Assembly: GCF_026210795.1 (NCBI RefSeq)
Contig: NC_089433.1
Coordinates: forward strand, 1 to 64,000
Length of the DNA stretch: 64,000 nucleotides
Direction: 5' to 3'
DNA from: Rhizophagus irregularis
Taxonomy: Eukaryota
Shown: positions 50,259 through 63,226 of the stretch, in pieces
Layout: each line of letters opens with the position of its first letter
How positions within the stretch are numbered: position 1 is the first letter of the stretch
The notes under the pieces: model-generated
What the model saw: the letters and a program-made list of their open reading frames with translations, nothing else
What the model was told of the DNA's origin: nothing
The model's database searches: none
Position numbers and translations under genes: made by a program

Positions 50259-52519
50259 TGAATAAATAAGGAATTCCAGTATTTACAACAGATTTTTCAG
50301 CATATAGAAGATCATAACCAAGGAAAACAGGATTTAATTGAAGATTTATCGTGTGCAGATTGCTATCCAGAAGATCAGAATTTAGGATTATTAGAGAATC
50401 TCAGATTTAGAGAATTTTGGCAATTCATTATTTCACCCAGGTATCCAGATAGTGTTTTTACTCAAAACACTATACGAATCTTTAGGAAATTACAGCGACA
50501 ACGAGATAGCTAAGGTTGCTTGCCGAAACCTTCTTAATAACTGCTGAAACCTATACGGAAAATGCTGAAACTATATTAAATCATATTAAAAATCCTGCCG
50601 AAACTTTGCCGAAATGCCGAAACCCCCATTTGCCAAAACTGCCGAAACCCTGCCGAAACTATAGTAAACATATAGTAAAATCTTGCCAAAATTTATCGCA
50701 GGATTTTGGAGAGGTTTTGGCAAGCAACCTTAGACATAGCTAAGAAGTTTACAGATTAATTCAGGAGTTAGTTCAAACTATTAGGTATATAGTAATACCG
50801 GCATTTGATACATTAGTAGAAACGATACAATTCTATTGGGAAGTCACAGACCGATTCAATAATTGGGAAGCATATTATTCAGAACAATTATCAGATACAG
50901 CCAGTAATACAAGTAAGATGTCAGGAAACCAAAATAAGACAAATAAAAATGATGAAAGTTCAAGTAGTGAACAACAATTTGGAGGAACTGAATCTACAAC
51001 AAATATACAAGACAAAGCATGGCAAGACCAACAAAATGAAGAAGGTGAAAACGAAGAAGCAGAAAGTATAATATCACATGATACAGTACTCAAAAATGGT
51101 GAAGATAGTAGTTTCAGTCAATTAAGTATAGCCGATACATCAAACAACCATATTTATGATCCAAGAAAGGATAAGAAGGATAAGCAAAAGGCTAAAACTG
51201 GTGGTAGTTCAAATAAATGGAGTACAGAACCATTTTCAACTTATAAACCATATTCTGGTATTGGATTATCATCAAATCCTAAATCATTTGTAACTATAAA
51301 GCCATTTCAGGATTCATTCAGTTCTCCTAGTATTAGAACATCAACCTTGAAAACTTCTCGACAGAATGATCTTCTTGATTTTTCTAGTAATAATTTACAA
51401 GATGATGAGGAACCAGAAGAACAAACTCCTATTAGTGAAGCTGAACAAAATAAGATCATGTTACAGTTTTTTCAACAAGCCCAAAAATTTTATGCAAAAG
51501 GAGTTGAACCTAGAGAATTTAGACTGGTTGATTTTCCAGTTTTTAAAGGAGGAAATCAGGATCCTGTTGAATGGATTGAAGCTTTTAGTAAAGCTTGTAT
51601 AGCTAATAGAATTAGCGAAGAACGAGCGATTGTTTTAGTAGCATCATATCTAAAAGGGACAGCATTAACTTGGTACAATCGTCAAAATATTACTTTTTGG
51701 GAGAATGATAATAGCCCTCAATGATCATTTACGCATTTATTTAAGAATCATTTCTGTAACCCTTTCAGAATTAGCTAATGGAAACATCAATTGCGGAATA
51801 GAAAACAAAAGCAAGGTGAAACGATTGAAGAATATATCGCAGCAATTACAGAATTATGGAAAAGAGTAGATCCTACAGATAGACGAATGGAATTAGATAA
51901 AATCCATGAATTTATTGAAGGTTTAAGACCTGAATTTGTTGTACCTGTACAATCCGCTATGCCTCAAACAGTAGAAAAAGCAATGGAAAAAGCACAAGCA
52001 TTAGAAACTGCTTTTTCAATGGGAATGGATTTATCGGTCTATTCAATGATGCCAGGATATTTATAAAATATGAATAGAGGAATAATCCCTGCTCGAACCA
52101 ACTTAGCCATGTATCAACCTGCCTATTCGATGAGTTATTCCCAACCAGAAAGTGTAGAAAAGATGGTTGAACGGAAAATCAGCGAAGGAATTACTGCAGC
52201 ATTAAGTCAAATGCGCATAGAAACTAAACCAACTAATTCTACTCCGAATAATAATAATAATAATCAAAACAGGAATAATGCAGGATGCTATGTCTGTGGA
52301 AGAATCGAACATATCGCAAAAAACTGTCGTTAAAGAAATAATCAACAAAACAATAATAATCGCAACAATAATGGGAGAGATTTAAGGAATGTTGATTGTT
52401 ATAATTGTGGTAGAAAAGGACATGTCTCTAGGAACTGCAGATCACCACCATCAAATAATAATAATAGTAACAATGGAACTAATAATGGTTTTCAAAATAA
52501 TGGTCGTTTAAACTACTAA
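50259..52519 (+). pseudogene. gag: Ty3/gypsy Gag (capsid + two CCHC knuckles)
   Basis: FPVFKGGNQDPVEWIEAF, YLKGTALTWY, KQKQGETIEEY, CYVCGRIEHIAKNC and CYNCGRKGHVSRNC. The N-terminal extension is interrupted by a MITE. Start position is approximate. Confidence 0.88.
50511..50732. mobile_element. hAT-like MITE (family A)
   Basis: TIR TAAGGTTGCTTGCC. 8-bp TSD GAGATAGC/GACATAGC. Internal GCCGAAAC motifs. Confidence 0.88.
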
Positions 52520-52565
52520 GCGCACCTCTAGAGGGGGAGAGTGCGAATTTTAGAAAACCCTCTAA
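52507..52565 (+). promoter_or_regulatory. -1 programmed ribosomal frameshift signal (T TTA AAC + predicted pseudoknot)
   Basis: Slippery heptamer just before the gag stop, with pol open in the -1 frame. Stems CGCAC/GTGCG and TAGAGGG/CCCTCTA. Confidence 0.8.
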
Positions 52566-52995
52566 CGAAATTGGTACTAAAAGAGTGAATTGGAAGGACC
52601 CATTAGAAGAAATCAGACCTATTGAAAAGCCAATTCAACTATTAAAAAGACCTACATATGTTCTCAATATTTTATATAATAACTTTGGAATTTATTTATC
52701 GAAACGGCTACAGAAAAGTAAAACAATATATAATTTATGGCAAGTAGCAGGAGGAAAAGTAGAAAATCGTGAATTTTCTCTTCAAGTTGTGCTTAGAGAA
52801 ACAAAAGAAGAAACAGCGCTAGATATTAAAAAAGATGAATGTGTATTTTTATTTAACGATCCAGCTTTTAATTGTGATGTTTATTTAACAAAAGTACCTG
52901 ATTATCAAGAGTAGTGTTCTGAACGGGTCGGGTCACAGTTTGACCTGACCCGTTGACCCATTTGACCCGACATAATATTTCTGGTCAGATGGGTC

Positions 52996-53239
52996 TAAGG
53001 TTGCTTGCCGAAACCTAGGGGTTTAGGCAAGATGGCGTTTTGCCGAAAAGCGAAATTCTGCCGAAACTATATTAAAGTTATATTAAAAAACTGGCAAAAC
53101 TTTGGAGAAAGGCGAAACTGCTGAAACTTATTATAAATGCTGAAACTGCCGAAACTCTGCCGAAACTATAATAAATCTATAGTAAAATTTTGACGAAACT
53201 AATCGTAGGATTTTGAAGAGGTTTAGACAAGCAACCTTA
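52996..53239. mobile_element. hAT-like MITE (family A) nested in the previous element
   Basis: TIR TAAGGTTGCTTG and perfect TSD GATGGGTC. Confidence 0.9.
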
Positions 53240-53254
53240 GATGGGTCAAATATG

Positions 53255-54425
53255 TAAAAAAAAATGCCGAAACGTTTTTTTTTGTATTATTATTAAGAAA
53301 AAACGTTTCGGCATTTTTTCATATAAAATTATTAGAAAAAAATGCCGAAACGTTTTTTTTGCATGATTATTAAGAAAAAATGTTTCGGCGTTTTTTCATA
53401 TAAAATTTAAAAAAAAACGCCAAAACGTTTTTTTTTAATATTACTTATTAAGAAAAAACATTTCGGCATTTTTTCATGTAAATTATATTTAAAAAAACGC
53501 CGAAAACATTTTTTTTTTGTATTAGTTGTTAAGAAAAAACGTTTCAGCGTTTTTTCATATAAAATTATTAAAAAAAATGCCGAAACATTTTTTTTTATAT
53601 TAATTATTATAGAAAAAACGTTTCGGCGTTTTTTCATATAAAATTATTAGAAAAAAATGCGAAACGTTTTTTTTTTGTATTAGTTGTTAAGAAAAAACGT
53701 TTCGGCATTTTTTCATATAAAATTATTAAAAAATAAACGCCGAAACGTTTTTTTTATATTAATTATTATAGAAAAAACGTTTCGGCGTTTTTTCATATAA
53801 AATTATTAAAAAAAAACGCTGAAACATTTTTTTTATATTAATTATTATAGAAAAAACGTTTCGGCGTTTTTTCATATAAAATTATTAGAAAAAAATGCGA
53901 AACGTTTTTTTTTGTATTAGTTGTTAAGAAAAAACGTTTCGGCATTTTTTCATATAAAATTATTAAAAAATAAACGCCGAAACGTTTTTTTTTATATTAA
54001 TTATTATAGAAAAAACGTTTCGGCGTTTTTTCATATAAAATTATTAGAAAAAAAATGCTGAAACGTTTTTTTTTGTATTAATTATTATAGAAAAAACGTT
54101 TCAGCATTTTTTCATATAAAATTATTAAAAAAAAATGCAGAAACGTTTTTTTTTTGCATTATTATTAAGAAAAAATGTTTCGGCGTTTTTTCATGTAAAT
54201 TATATTAAAAAAATGCTGAAAACGTTTTTTTTTTGTATTAGTTGTTAAGAAAAAACGTTTCAGCGTTTTTTCATATAAAATTATAAAAAAAAACGTTAAA
54301 ACGTTTTTTTTTTAGTATTAATTATTAAGAAAAAACGTTTCGGCGTTTTTTTATATAATAAATATTAAAAAAACGCCGAAACGTTACTTTTTTAACAGAA
54401 AAATGTCAAGTTTGGCGTTTTTTGT
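53255..54425. repeat. Tandem array of ~78-bp units built from inverted GCCGAAACGTTTT / AAAACGTTTCGGC motifs
   Basis: Directly visible repetition. Confidence 0.9.
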
Positions 54426-57400
54426 TTTTTTTTAACTAAAAAATGTCGGGTTGACATTTTCAATTAAAAACCCCGGGGTTTTTTAATTTTTTAATCATTT
54501 TTGATATACGGGTCAAACGGGTCAAACGGGTCAAACAGGTCGGGTCAGGTAAGACGGGTTACCCGACCCGACCCGACCCGATTTTTTTTTGTCGGGTTGG
54601 GTAAGACGGATTACCTGACCTGACCCGACCCGTTCAGAACACTAATCAAGAGTTACAGCGAACTGAACCTGAAAAACAAGGAGCTTAGACAATTACTTCT
54701 TTTGAACAATTCCAATTTATGGTGAAACATAATGAATTAACCCCAATATTAGTTAATTATTATACTGATATTCTTAACCAATTGATTAGAGAAGAACCAG
54801 CATATCTTAATCAAAAAGAAAGAGCTGAAGAAGCTTTGTATGGAGAAGCGATTGTATATGGACAACCTGTTAATGTCTTAATAGATTCAGGGGCTGTAGG
54901 TTGTATTATTTCTAAAAGATTCCTAGATAAAGTCAATAAAGGAATTGAATTACCTACGAATATTAAGATCATTGATGTAACAGGACAAAAATCATCACCG
55001 TTAGGGATGGTTCAGCAAGTCCCAGTGCAAATGAGGGATATTAAAGTCTATGTCAATATGATAGTCACAAACTCAGCTGAATATAATGTTCTGCTTGGTA
55101 ACGAATGGTTGAAGAAAGTTAATGCAAATATCGATTATGGACAGAATACCATCACCATTAAATATGAAGGAATTCAACAACAAATTCCTATCACATGTTC
55201 TCAAAAATTGGACCCAACAAAATATACAGTCATTGACCCAGTAGATAAACTAGAATTAAAAGATGAGTTAGAAGACACCATAGCCGTTCCATTTTACAAG
55301 GCAGAAATAACCAAAAGTACTTTTCAAATCAATGATCGAGAATATCACCCAGGGTATCTGGAATATATTAAGCAACAAAGTCACAATAGTACTGGCGTAA
55401 TTAATAGTAAAATACCAGGAAAATGCCTATGTAAAACCTTAGGAGATCAAGAAGTTTGTGATAATTGTCAAATAGTTCAAGAAGATTGGAATATTTATCA
55501 CGTGATGCAAGAATCAGAAAGTCCGAATGTATCTAATATTCAATTAGAACCAGAAAAAGTTGTTCCGATTGGAGAATTAGAGAAAAGTCAATATCAATCA
55601 CTCCATCAATTACTAGAAAAAAATAAAGACTTCAGCTATTCGCTAAATCATTGCAAGAGTTAAAACAAACTCCAGAAGGGGAACATATTATTATCACTGA
55701 AGAAGTGCCACCTATCAAAAAGCGAGCTTATAGGACAGCATCAAAGGAAAATGAATTTATTGAGAATGAAATTAATGACATGTTAGAACAAGGGCTAATA
55801 GAACCATCGACTAGTCCATGGTCATTTCCAGTAGTAGTAGTGAAAAAGAAGAATGGAAAACTTAGGTTTTGCGTTAATTATAAACCTCTTAACGATATTA
55901 CAAAAAAGGATAATTACCCACTTCCAAGGATTGATGAATTATTAGATTCTTTACAAGATGCACAATGGTTCACCACTTTAGATTTAGCGTCAGGGTATTG
56001 GCAAATAAAAGTAAGGGCAGAAGACCAGGAAAAAACAGCTTTTATCACAAAATTTGGAACCTACGAATTCAAAGTTATGCCTTTTGGACTTTGCAATACA
56101 CCTGCGACATTTCGGCGAACTATAGATAAAGTTTTACATGGAATAAAGGAAAAGTTCGTTTTAGTTTATCTTGACGATGTCATTATATATTCAAAAACTT
56201 TTAAAGATCATATCCAACATTTGGAAGAAGTTCTAAATAGAATTTGTAAGGTGAATTTAAGATTAAAAGCAGAGAAATGTCATTTTGCAGCAGCTGAATT
56301 TCAATTTTTAGGATATGTTGTGGAAAAAGAAGGTGTTAAACCTGATCCAGAAAAAGTCGATAAAATGGTTAATTACCCAGAGCCTCAAAATATTAGAGAA
56401 TTATGTGGAGTCCTAGGATTATTCTCTTATTATTGACACTTTATCAAAGATTTTGCTAAAGTTGCTGATCCAATGTACAAGTTATTAAAAAAAGATGCAC
56501 CCTATGAATGGACGAATTTACAACAAAAGGCATTCGAGAATTTAAGAGATAAATTAACAATGGCACCGATCGTACAATACCCAGATTTTTCAAAACCTTT
56601 CTTCTTATATACCGATGCTTCAATTATAGGGTTAGGCGCAGTACTTGCACAAAAAACTGATGATCAAGAGCATGTGATTGCCTATGCTAGTCGAACTTTA
56701 ATACCGGCGGAAAAGAATTATGCCATCACAGAATTGGAATGCCTTGCAATTGTATGGGCAGTTAAATATTTTCGACATTATCTTTATGGAAGTAAATTCA
56801 CCATCATCACCGACCATGCAGCGCTCAAGTGGTTGTTGAATTCAACAACAGAGAATAATAATAAAAGATTGGAAAGATGAAAGATTGCCTTATCGGAATA
56901 TAAATATGACATTGTATATCAGAAAGGAACTAAACATACGAATGCTGATGCATTATCTCGTCTCGACTCAACCTCAACTAATAATCACACCAATCCTTTA
57001 ACCTCACATAACGATCATGGATGAACAACCATATAAAGAATTAATTTTATTTTTAACAACTCTCACTTTTATGGATGGTATAACTGATAAACGGAAAACC
57101 CAAATTCGGAAAAACTCAACCCAATATATTTATCAAAACAATATTTTATTTAGGAAAACAAAGGATGGTATAAGAAAAGTAATTCTACGCGAACAAGTAG
57201 AACCTATTTTATATCACTTTCATACAGATATGAGCGGTACTCATTTAGGAATAGATGCTATAATTGGAAAAATCAAAGATCGATATTATTGGCCACAATT
57301 GGGAGAAGATGTAAAAGAATATATAAGAACTTGTGATATTTGTCAAAGAAGAGGACCTACTAATCGTTGAGAGGAACTGATACCAATACCAGTTAAGGGA

Positions 57401-57846
57401 CTATTTCACAGGATAGGAATTGACATTAAAGGACCATTACCGATCACCAGTAGTGGAAATAGATATATTATCGTCGCCATGGATTATTTTACAAAATGGC
57501 CAGAAGCAAGAGCGATATCCAATATTAAAGCAGAAACAGTAGCTAAATTTATTTATGAAGAAATTATTTGTAGACATGGAGTTCCACAAGAAATTCTATC
57601 AGATAGAGGAACATCATTTATGAATAAATTGATTGATGAATTATGTGAAAATTATCAAACTAAACATCATTTTACCTCAGCTTATAAACCTCAAACAAAT
57701 GGAATGGTTGAAAGATTTAATCGAACAATTGGTGAATATATTGCAAAATTAATTCAAGATAATAATAAGGAATGGGATCAATTAATCGATGCAGTACTTT
57801 TAGCGTATCGAACGAAGAAACATAATACTACAGGAAAAACACCATT

Positions 57847-58257
57847 CTCTCTATACTAGAAATATGTTTTTCATTATCACGAATATCCTTCTTAGTTCTT
57901 AGCTTGATATAGTTGCTTTTTTAGGCTGGAAATTTCAGATTTTAGCTCTACTATCTTCTCTTTCGAAGCATTCTCAAGACGTTCTATCTCACCATTAAGA
58001 GTTCAGATTTCTTGTTCACAACGGACACATTCACGTTCCAGCGCCCTGATCTGCTTTTCATTTTGGCAGTTACTATCAACTTCTGCTTGCAATTCACTAC
58101 GAAGATGATAGTTCTCTTCTTCCAGCTCAGCTTTATGTTCTTCATATGTTCTTCTCTGCCTTGGGTGAGATCTGCGAAATGACATTCTTTTTTCATAATT
58201 ATAAAAGAGAATGGGAGAACCTTATTGATCCTCAGAAAGCGCATAATCTTGACCAGG
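57847..58257 (-). repeat. Inverted second copy of the 5' part of the zone-1 gag gene and its leader
   Basis: The reverse complement matches about 13590-14004 (MSFRRSHPRQRRTYEEHKAELEEENYHL vs MAFRRSHPRQRRTCEEYKAELEEENYHL). Confidence 0.95.
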
Positions 58258-58304
58258 ATATTACTTTGCAGAAATACAAGGAAAAAAGTATCCCCAACCA
58301 AATT

Positions 58305-59181
58305 CTCACTAATGAATAGAATTCGACTTCATAGATGCCAGCTCCTTTTCTGCCTCCAGCACTTGCATCTTCAGATTTTTGATCTCATAGCGCATTTTCT
58401 TATTTGCAGTAATCCACTCTCTATATTCCTTTTCTATGTCATGCATAAATTTCTCAAAAGTTCATTTATTATAATCGATCAGATGTCTGAGATAGTACTT
58501 TAAGCTCATTCATAACCTGGCGATTATTCTCTTCTTCATAATCATGCTTTAGTGCCTCTGGCCAAGTAGTAACATTGGTTTGGGACCAATTATCTACAAC
58601 ATGTATAGTCAGTAATGCTGGGGATACATTACATTCTGGCCATCTTCAAGGGCGCAATATTTTTTCCTGAGTCATAGTTTTACGTTTCTTCTTATTTAAC
58701 GAATTCTCATAAACCTCTAATGTGCACCTCAAATAAGATTCAATTCGTTCAGACTTCTTGGAAATAGATTCTAATGGAACAGGGTCTTTAGAATGGTGCA
58801 AGAGTCTCTGGAGGACCCCGGATATCTAATATAAAGGTCATAATGGACTTTTGGCCAAAAACACCCCTTTTTGCTGAAACTCAAAAAATCGTTTTTTGTA
58901 AATATCTCAGCATCCAGTAATTCAATTTTAATGAACTTTTTTTTATTTTGTAGCCCTCATTTAGCTCTACAATTTAAAAAAAAGTTCATCAAAATTGGAC
59001 CACTGGATGCCGAGATATTTACAAAAAACGATTTTTTGAGCCCCTGAAAAATGGGCCAATCTGCCAAAAGTGTGACTTATGACCTGTTTTGGAGATATCC
59101 GGGGTCCTGTCTCTGGCAAGCTCTCTTGACAAGACTTTCAGGTAGTCTATCAATAATATGTTTATAGTCAGAATGGAACAT
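58305..59181 (-). pseudogene. Hypothetical protein (MFHSDYKHIIDRLPESLVKRACQRLLHHSKDP...), interrupted by a MITE
   Basis: The frame is restored on removing the 58812-59108 MITE plus one TSD. Further stops and frameshifts lie downstream. Confidence 0.5.
58812..59108. mobile_element. Foldback MITE
   Basis: TIR AGGACCCCGGATATCT, perfect TSD GTCTCTGG, internal 119-bp dyad. Confidence 0.92.
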
Positions 59182-59501
59182 TTTTATTAGATATAGGTTT
59201 GCACAAAAAAAGTTTGCATGCAAAATTCATTTATAGACTATAGTGGTACACGCCTATATCGCGGATTGTGTCATATCTGGTAAGGGATTGGTTTAGGCTC
59301 AGATCACGTGATCAATGATCACCAGAAGATCTTAACAGTTTTATATTGTTAGTGATTTTGGGCCAGGCCGTCGCTGAAATTTGCCAAGAAAATTTTCTGG
59401 GACATAATGTCTCAGAAAATACCAAGAATTTTTTTATTATCTAATACACTGCTTTATTAATAACATAACTTAATAAAAATTACATGTATGAAATCTCTAT
59501 T

Positions 59502-60905
59502 CTATGAATTTTTGGGGGTTGTAACTGTTACTACCATTTCACTAAAACTATGTTCACTATCCCCAGAGTCAGAACTATATAATATTTTGTGAATCGTACA
59601 TGCGACGGCCGTTCTCAGAGTCATCAATGCATGTATAAGTGGGTATACACCTATACGGCACTTGGGGAAGTCATATGCAATGGAATTGTCGCTTCCTCTA
59701 TTAAACAGTACTTATAAATACCTGATTCTTTCCGCATAGCATAAAGTTCTAAAACATCGCCTAGCAATAGATGAAGCAGAATATGAGCAATTTATAAATA
59801 TGTAAAAAAAATAGAAGTAATTTGTTATACCTGCGATATTAATAGTAAATATGGACAAATTCTGCCTTTTCAATAGTTGATTAAATATCCTTTTAAGCTT
59901 TAATATGCTTCTCGTAGTGTTGATAGAATCCTTGGAGAAACGTATTAATTTTTTATGATCACGAACCCGCTTATCTTGACTGGAATTAGGTCTACCGGTC
60001 TCAAGATAAACAATTTCAAGTTCAGCATTTTTTCCTAGCTGAACTACCATCATATAATCGGCTCTTCACGCAATTTTACGAGAACCTTTTCGTATGGCAC
60101 TAGCTGAACTTTCTTCTTCACCCTTAATTTAGAAAACATTAATTATAGCAAAAGATATGATAGTGTTGCAATGTAACCTTTTGAACTAATCCTACCATAT
60201 ATCCCATGCTATCAGGTTTTCTGGTAAATCGTTTATCACTATATTTAATAATGGCGCTAGCACCTCACAAACATATGATCCTTCATTTATCGATTTCCCC
60301 TTCTTTATATATGCTTCGTATTTTGGCGACTTCCAAACCTTGAGCCTATAATTATTTATCAGTTAATGAGCAAAGTAAAAAATCGCATAAACGGATTTTA
60401 GTAAGAATTGCTTGCCGGTTACTCACATTGATTCTAACATCCGTTTTGTTAGATCTTGCAATTCTTCGGGCTTGTCCAATTATTCTCCATAATTAATATT
60501 ACCCAAAACCTCATCCATGTTAATTTTCGATTCTTCGTTTTGGATAAATTCTTTACAAGCTTCCATTATTTCATGATTCTGTTCTAACTTATATTTTCAA
60601 AATGGTTCCTTAAAAATATCAGAAACCGACCCAGGCATATTTGAAAAGGGTTCTGACTTGATATCTAGAACACCTGAACAAATTGGATGATTGAATCCAA
60701 GATTCTCTACATTTATTTCCTCAAGTTCCATTTCTATTCTCTCCCACATGGTTTTCTCATAACTAGCGCTCTCAGTTATACACTGTCCAACATCATGCTT
60801 CAAAGATCGTAAATTCGCATTTGCATTTTCATGCCAGGCTTTGGTGTCAATTATCAATGCTTTTATTTCTGAGAAGGAACATAGATCTTCAAATGCAGTA
60901 GTGAC
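59502..60905 (-). pseudogene. Spliced PD-(D/E)XK-like nuclease-domain gene, 5'-truncated by a MITE
   Basis: INEGSYVCEVLAPLL...GEEESSAS...RADYMMVV...EIVYLETG...DHKKLIRFSKD across GT-AG introns. Confidence 0.55.
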
Positions 60906-63003
60906 TAGAGCTCCGAATTTGACCTGACGGATTGGGTGACCTGACGGGTTGACCCGAAAAATTCAGGTCGGGTAGCAGATTTAATGACCCGACCTCAGGT
61001 CAGGTCAGTCAGAGTCGGGTACCCGACCTGACCCATTGACCTGACATATTTCGGTCAAAAATAAGACGTTTCAGCATTTTATATATATAAAAAAATGCCA
61101 AACTGACCTGAATCCGACGTTTTTTCATTAAAAATAATTACAAAAATGTCTTTTTTTATTAAAAATATCAGGTTCGATCAAAGAAACAAAAAAAAAATGT
61201 TTCTTTAATTAAAAAATGTCAGGTTTGATGTTTTTTCATTAAAAGAAACAAAAAAAATGTTTCTTTAATTAAAAAACGTCGGGTTTGACATTTTTTCATT
61301 AAAAGAAACAAAAAAAATGTTTCTTTAATTAAAAAACATCGGGTTTGACATTTTTTCATTAAAAGAAACAAAAAAAATGTTTCTTTAATTAAAAAACATC
61401 GGGTTTGACGTTTTTTCATTAAAAGAAACAAAAAAATGTTTCTTTAATTAAAAAACGTCGGATTTGACATTTTTTCATTGAAAGAAACAAAAAAAATGTT
61501 TCTTTAATTAAAAAACGTCGGGTTTGACATTTTTTCATTAAAAGAAACAAAAAAATGTTTCTTTAATTAAAAAACGTCGGGTTTGACATTTTTTCATTAA
61601 AAGAAACAAAAAAAATGTTTCTTTAATTAAAAAACGTCGGGTTTGACGTTTTTTCATTAAAAGAAACAAAAAAAAATGTTTCTTTAATTAAAAAACGTCA
61701 GGTTTGACGTTTTTTCATTAAAAGAAACAAAAAAAATGTTTCTTTAATTAAAAAACATCGGGTTTGACGTTTTTTCATTAAAAGAAACAAAAAAAATGTT
61801 TCTTTAATTAAAAAACGTCGGGTTTGACGTTTTTTCATTAAAAGAAACAAAAAAATGTTTCTTTAATTAAAAAACGTCGGGTTTGACGATTTTTCATTAA
61901 AAGAAACAAAAAAAAATGTTTCTTAAATTAAAAACGTCGGGTTTGACATTTTTTCATTAAAAGAAACAAAAAAAATGTTTCTTTAATAAAAAAACGTCGG
62001 GTTTGACGTTTTTTCATTAAAAGAAACAAAAAAAAGTTTCTTTAATTAAAAAACGTCGGGTTTGACGTTTTTTCATTAAAAGAAACAAAAAAAAAATGTT
62101 TCTTTATTAAAAAACGTCAGGTTTAACGTTTTTTCATTAAAAGAAACAAAAAAAATGTTTCTTAAATTAAAAACGTCGGGTTTGACATTTTTTTATTAAA
62201 AGAAATAAAAAAAATGTTTCTTTAATTAAAAAACGTCGGGTTTGACGTTTTTTTCATTAAAAGAAACAAAAAAAATGTTTCTTTAATTAAAAAACGTCGG
62301 GTTTGACGTTTTTTTCATTAAAAGAAATAAAAAAAAATGTTTCTTTAATTAAAAAACGTCGGGTTTGACGTTTTTTCATTAAAAGAAATAAAAAAAATGT
62401 TTCTTTAATTAAAAAACGTCGGGTTTGACGTTTTTTCATTAAAAGAAACAAAAAAAATGTTTCTTTAATTAAAAAACGTCGGGTTTGACATTTTTTTCAT
62501 TAAAAGAAACAAAAAAAAATGTTTCTTTAATTAAAAAACGTCGGGTTTGACGTTTTTTTCATTAAAAGAAATAAAAAAAATGTTTCTTTAATTAAAAAAC
62601 GTCAGGTTTGACGTTTTTTCATTAAAAGAAACAAAAGAAACAAAAGAAAACGTTTCTTTAATTAAAAAATGTCGAACCTGACGTTTTTTATTAAAAGAAA
62701 CAAAAGAAAATGTTTCTTTAATTAAAAAACCTCGAACCTGACGTTTTTTATTAAAAGAAACAAAAAAAAATTGTTTCTTTAATTTAAAAATGTCAGGTCC
62801 GACGTTTTTCATTAGAAGAAACAAAGTTTTGGCGTAATAAAAAGTGCCGAAACGTTTTTTTGATCTAAAATATATCGGGTCAATGGGTCGGGTCGGATAT
62901 CCGAACTGACCCGTGATATTCGGGTCGGGTCATCAAATTCATGACTTGCCTTGGGTCGAGTCAAGTCAATTACCCGACCTGACCCGACACATTCGGAGCT
63001 CTA
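60906..63003. mobile_element. hAT-like non-autonomous element
   Basis: TIR TAGAGCTCCGAAT/ATTCGGAGCTCTA and subterminal GACCCG/CGGGTC repeats. No 8-bp TSD visible. Confidence 0.8.
61110..62825. repeat. Tandem array of ~59-60-bp units (roughly 27 copies)
   Basis: Unit AAAAGAAACAAAAAAAATGTTTCTTTAATTAAAAAACGTCGGGTTTGACGTTTTTTCATT. Confidence 0.95.
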
Positions 63004-63226
63004 GACTAGCAACCTAGAATTTAGTTAAAAAAATTAGTCTTCCAAGACTCGTTTCACAAACACATTAAATTTTATATCGCGGGATCAGATTAGGTTTCCA
63101 TTTCACGGAGTCTCAAGTACCGGCAAAAGTTTGATATATAGCATATGGTATAAAACTAGTTACTACTGTGCGGGAAGTAATTATATTACAACGGACATCA
63201 GCCCTTCGCTAGCAATTATACCATAC

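Larger units (their letters stand above)
52912..54644. mobile_element. hAT-like non-autonomous element inserted in pol
   Basis: 24-bp TIR TAGTGTTCTGAACGGGTCGGGTCA, perfect TSD ATCAAGAG, subterminal GACCC repeats. Confidence 0.93.
49401..57846 (+). mobile_element. Decayed Ty3/gypsy LTR retrotransposon, 3'-truncated
   Basis: Order LTR-PBS-gag-Nudix-PR-RT-RH-IN. Multiple stops and MITE insertions. No 3' LTR. Confidence 0.93.
52513..57846 (+). pseudogene. pol: Ty3/gypsy Pol: Nudix hydrolase, protease, RT, RNase H, integrase
   Basis: GGKVENREFSLQVVLRETKEETAL (Nudix box), LIDSGA (PR), YLDD (RT), YTDAS...ELECLA (RH), H..H..CDIC plus DYFTKW/SDRG/VERFN (IN). Confidence 0.92.

Noticed and set aside
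53407..62824. ORFs 53407-53637, 61219-61431 and 62588-62824 (also 49694-49885)
   Set aside because: They are translations of low-complexity tandem repeats.
61110..62825. Regular palindromic repeats resembling a CRISPR array (also 53255-54425)
   Set aside because: No unique spacers, no cas genes, eukaryotic context, and enclosed by transposon TIRs.
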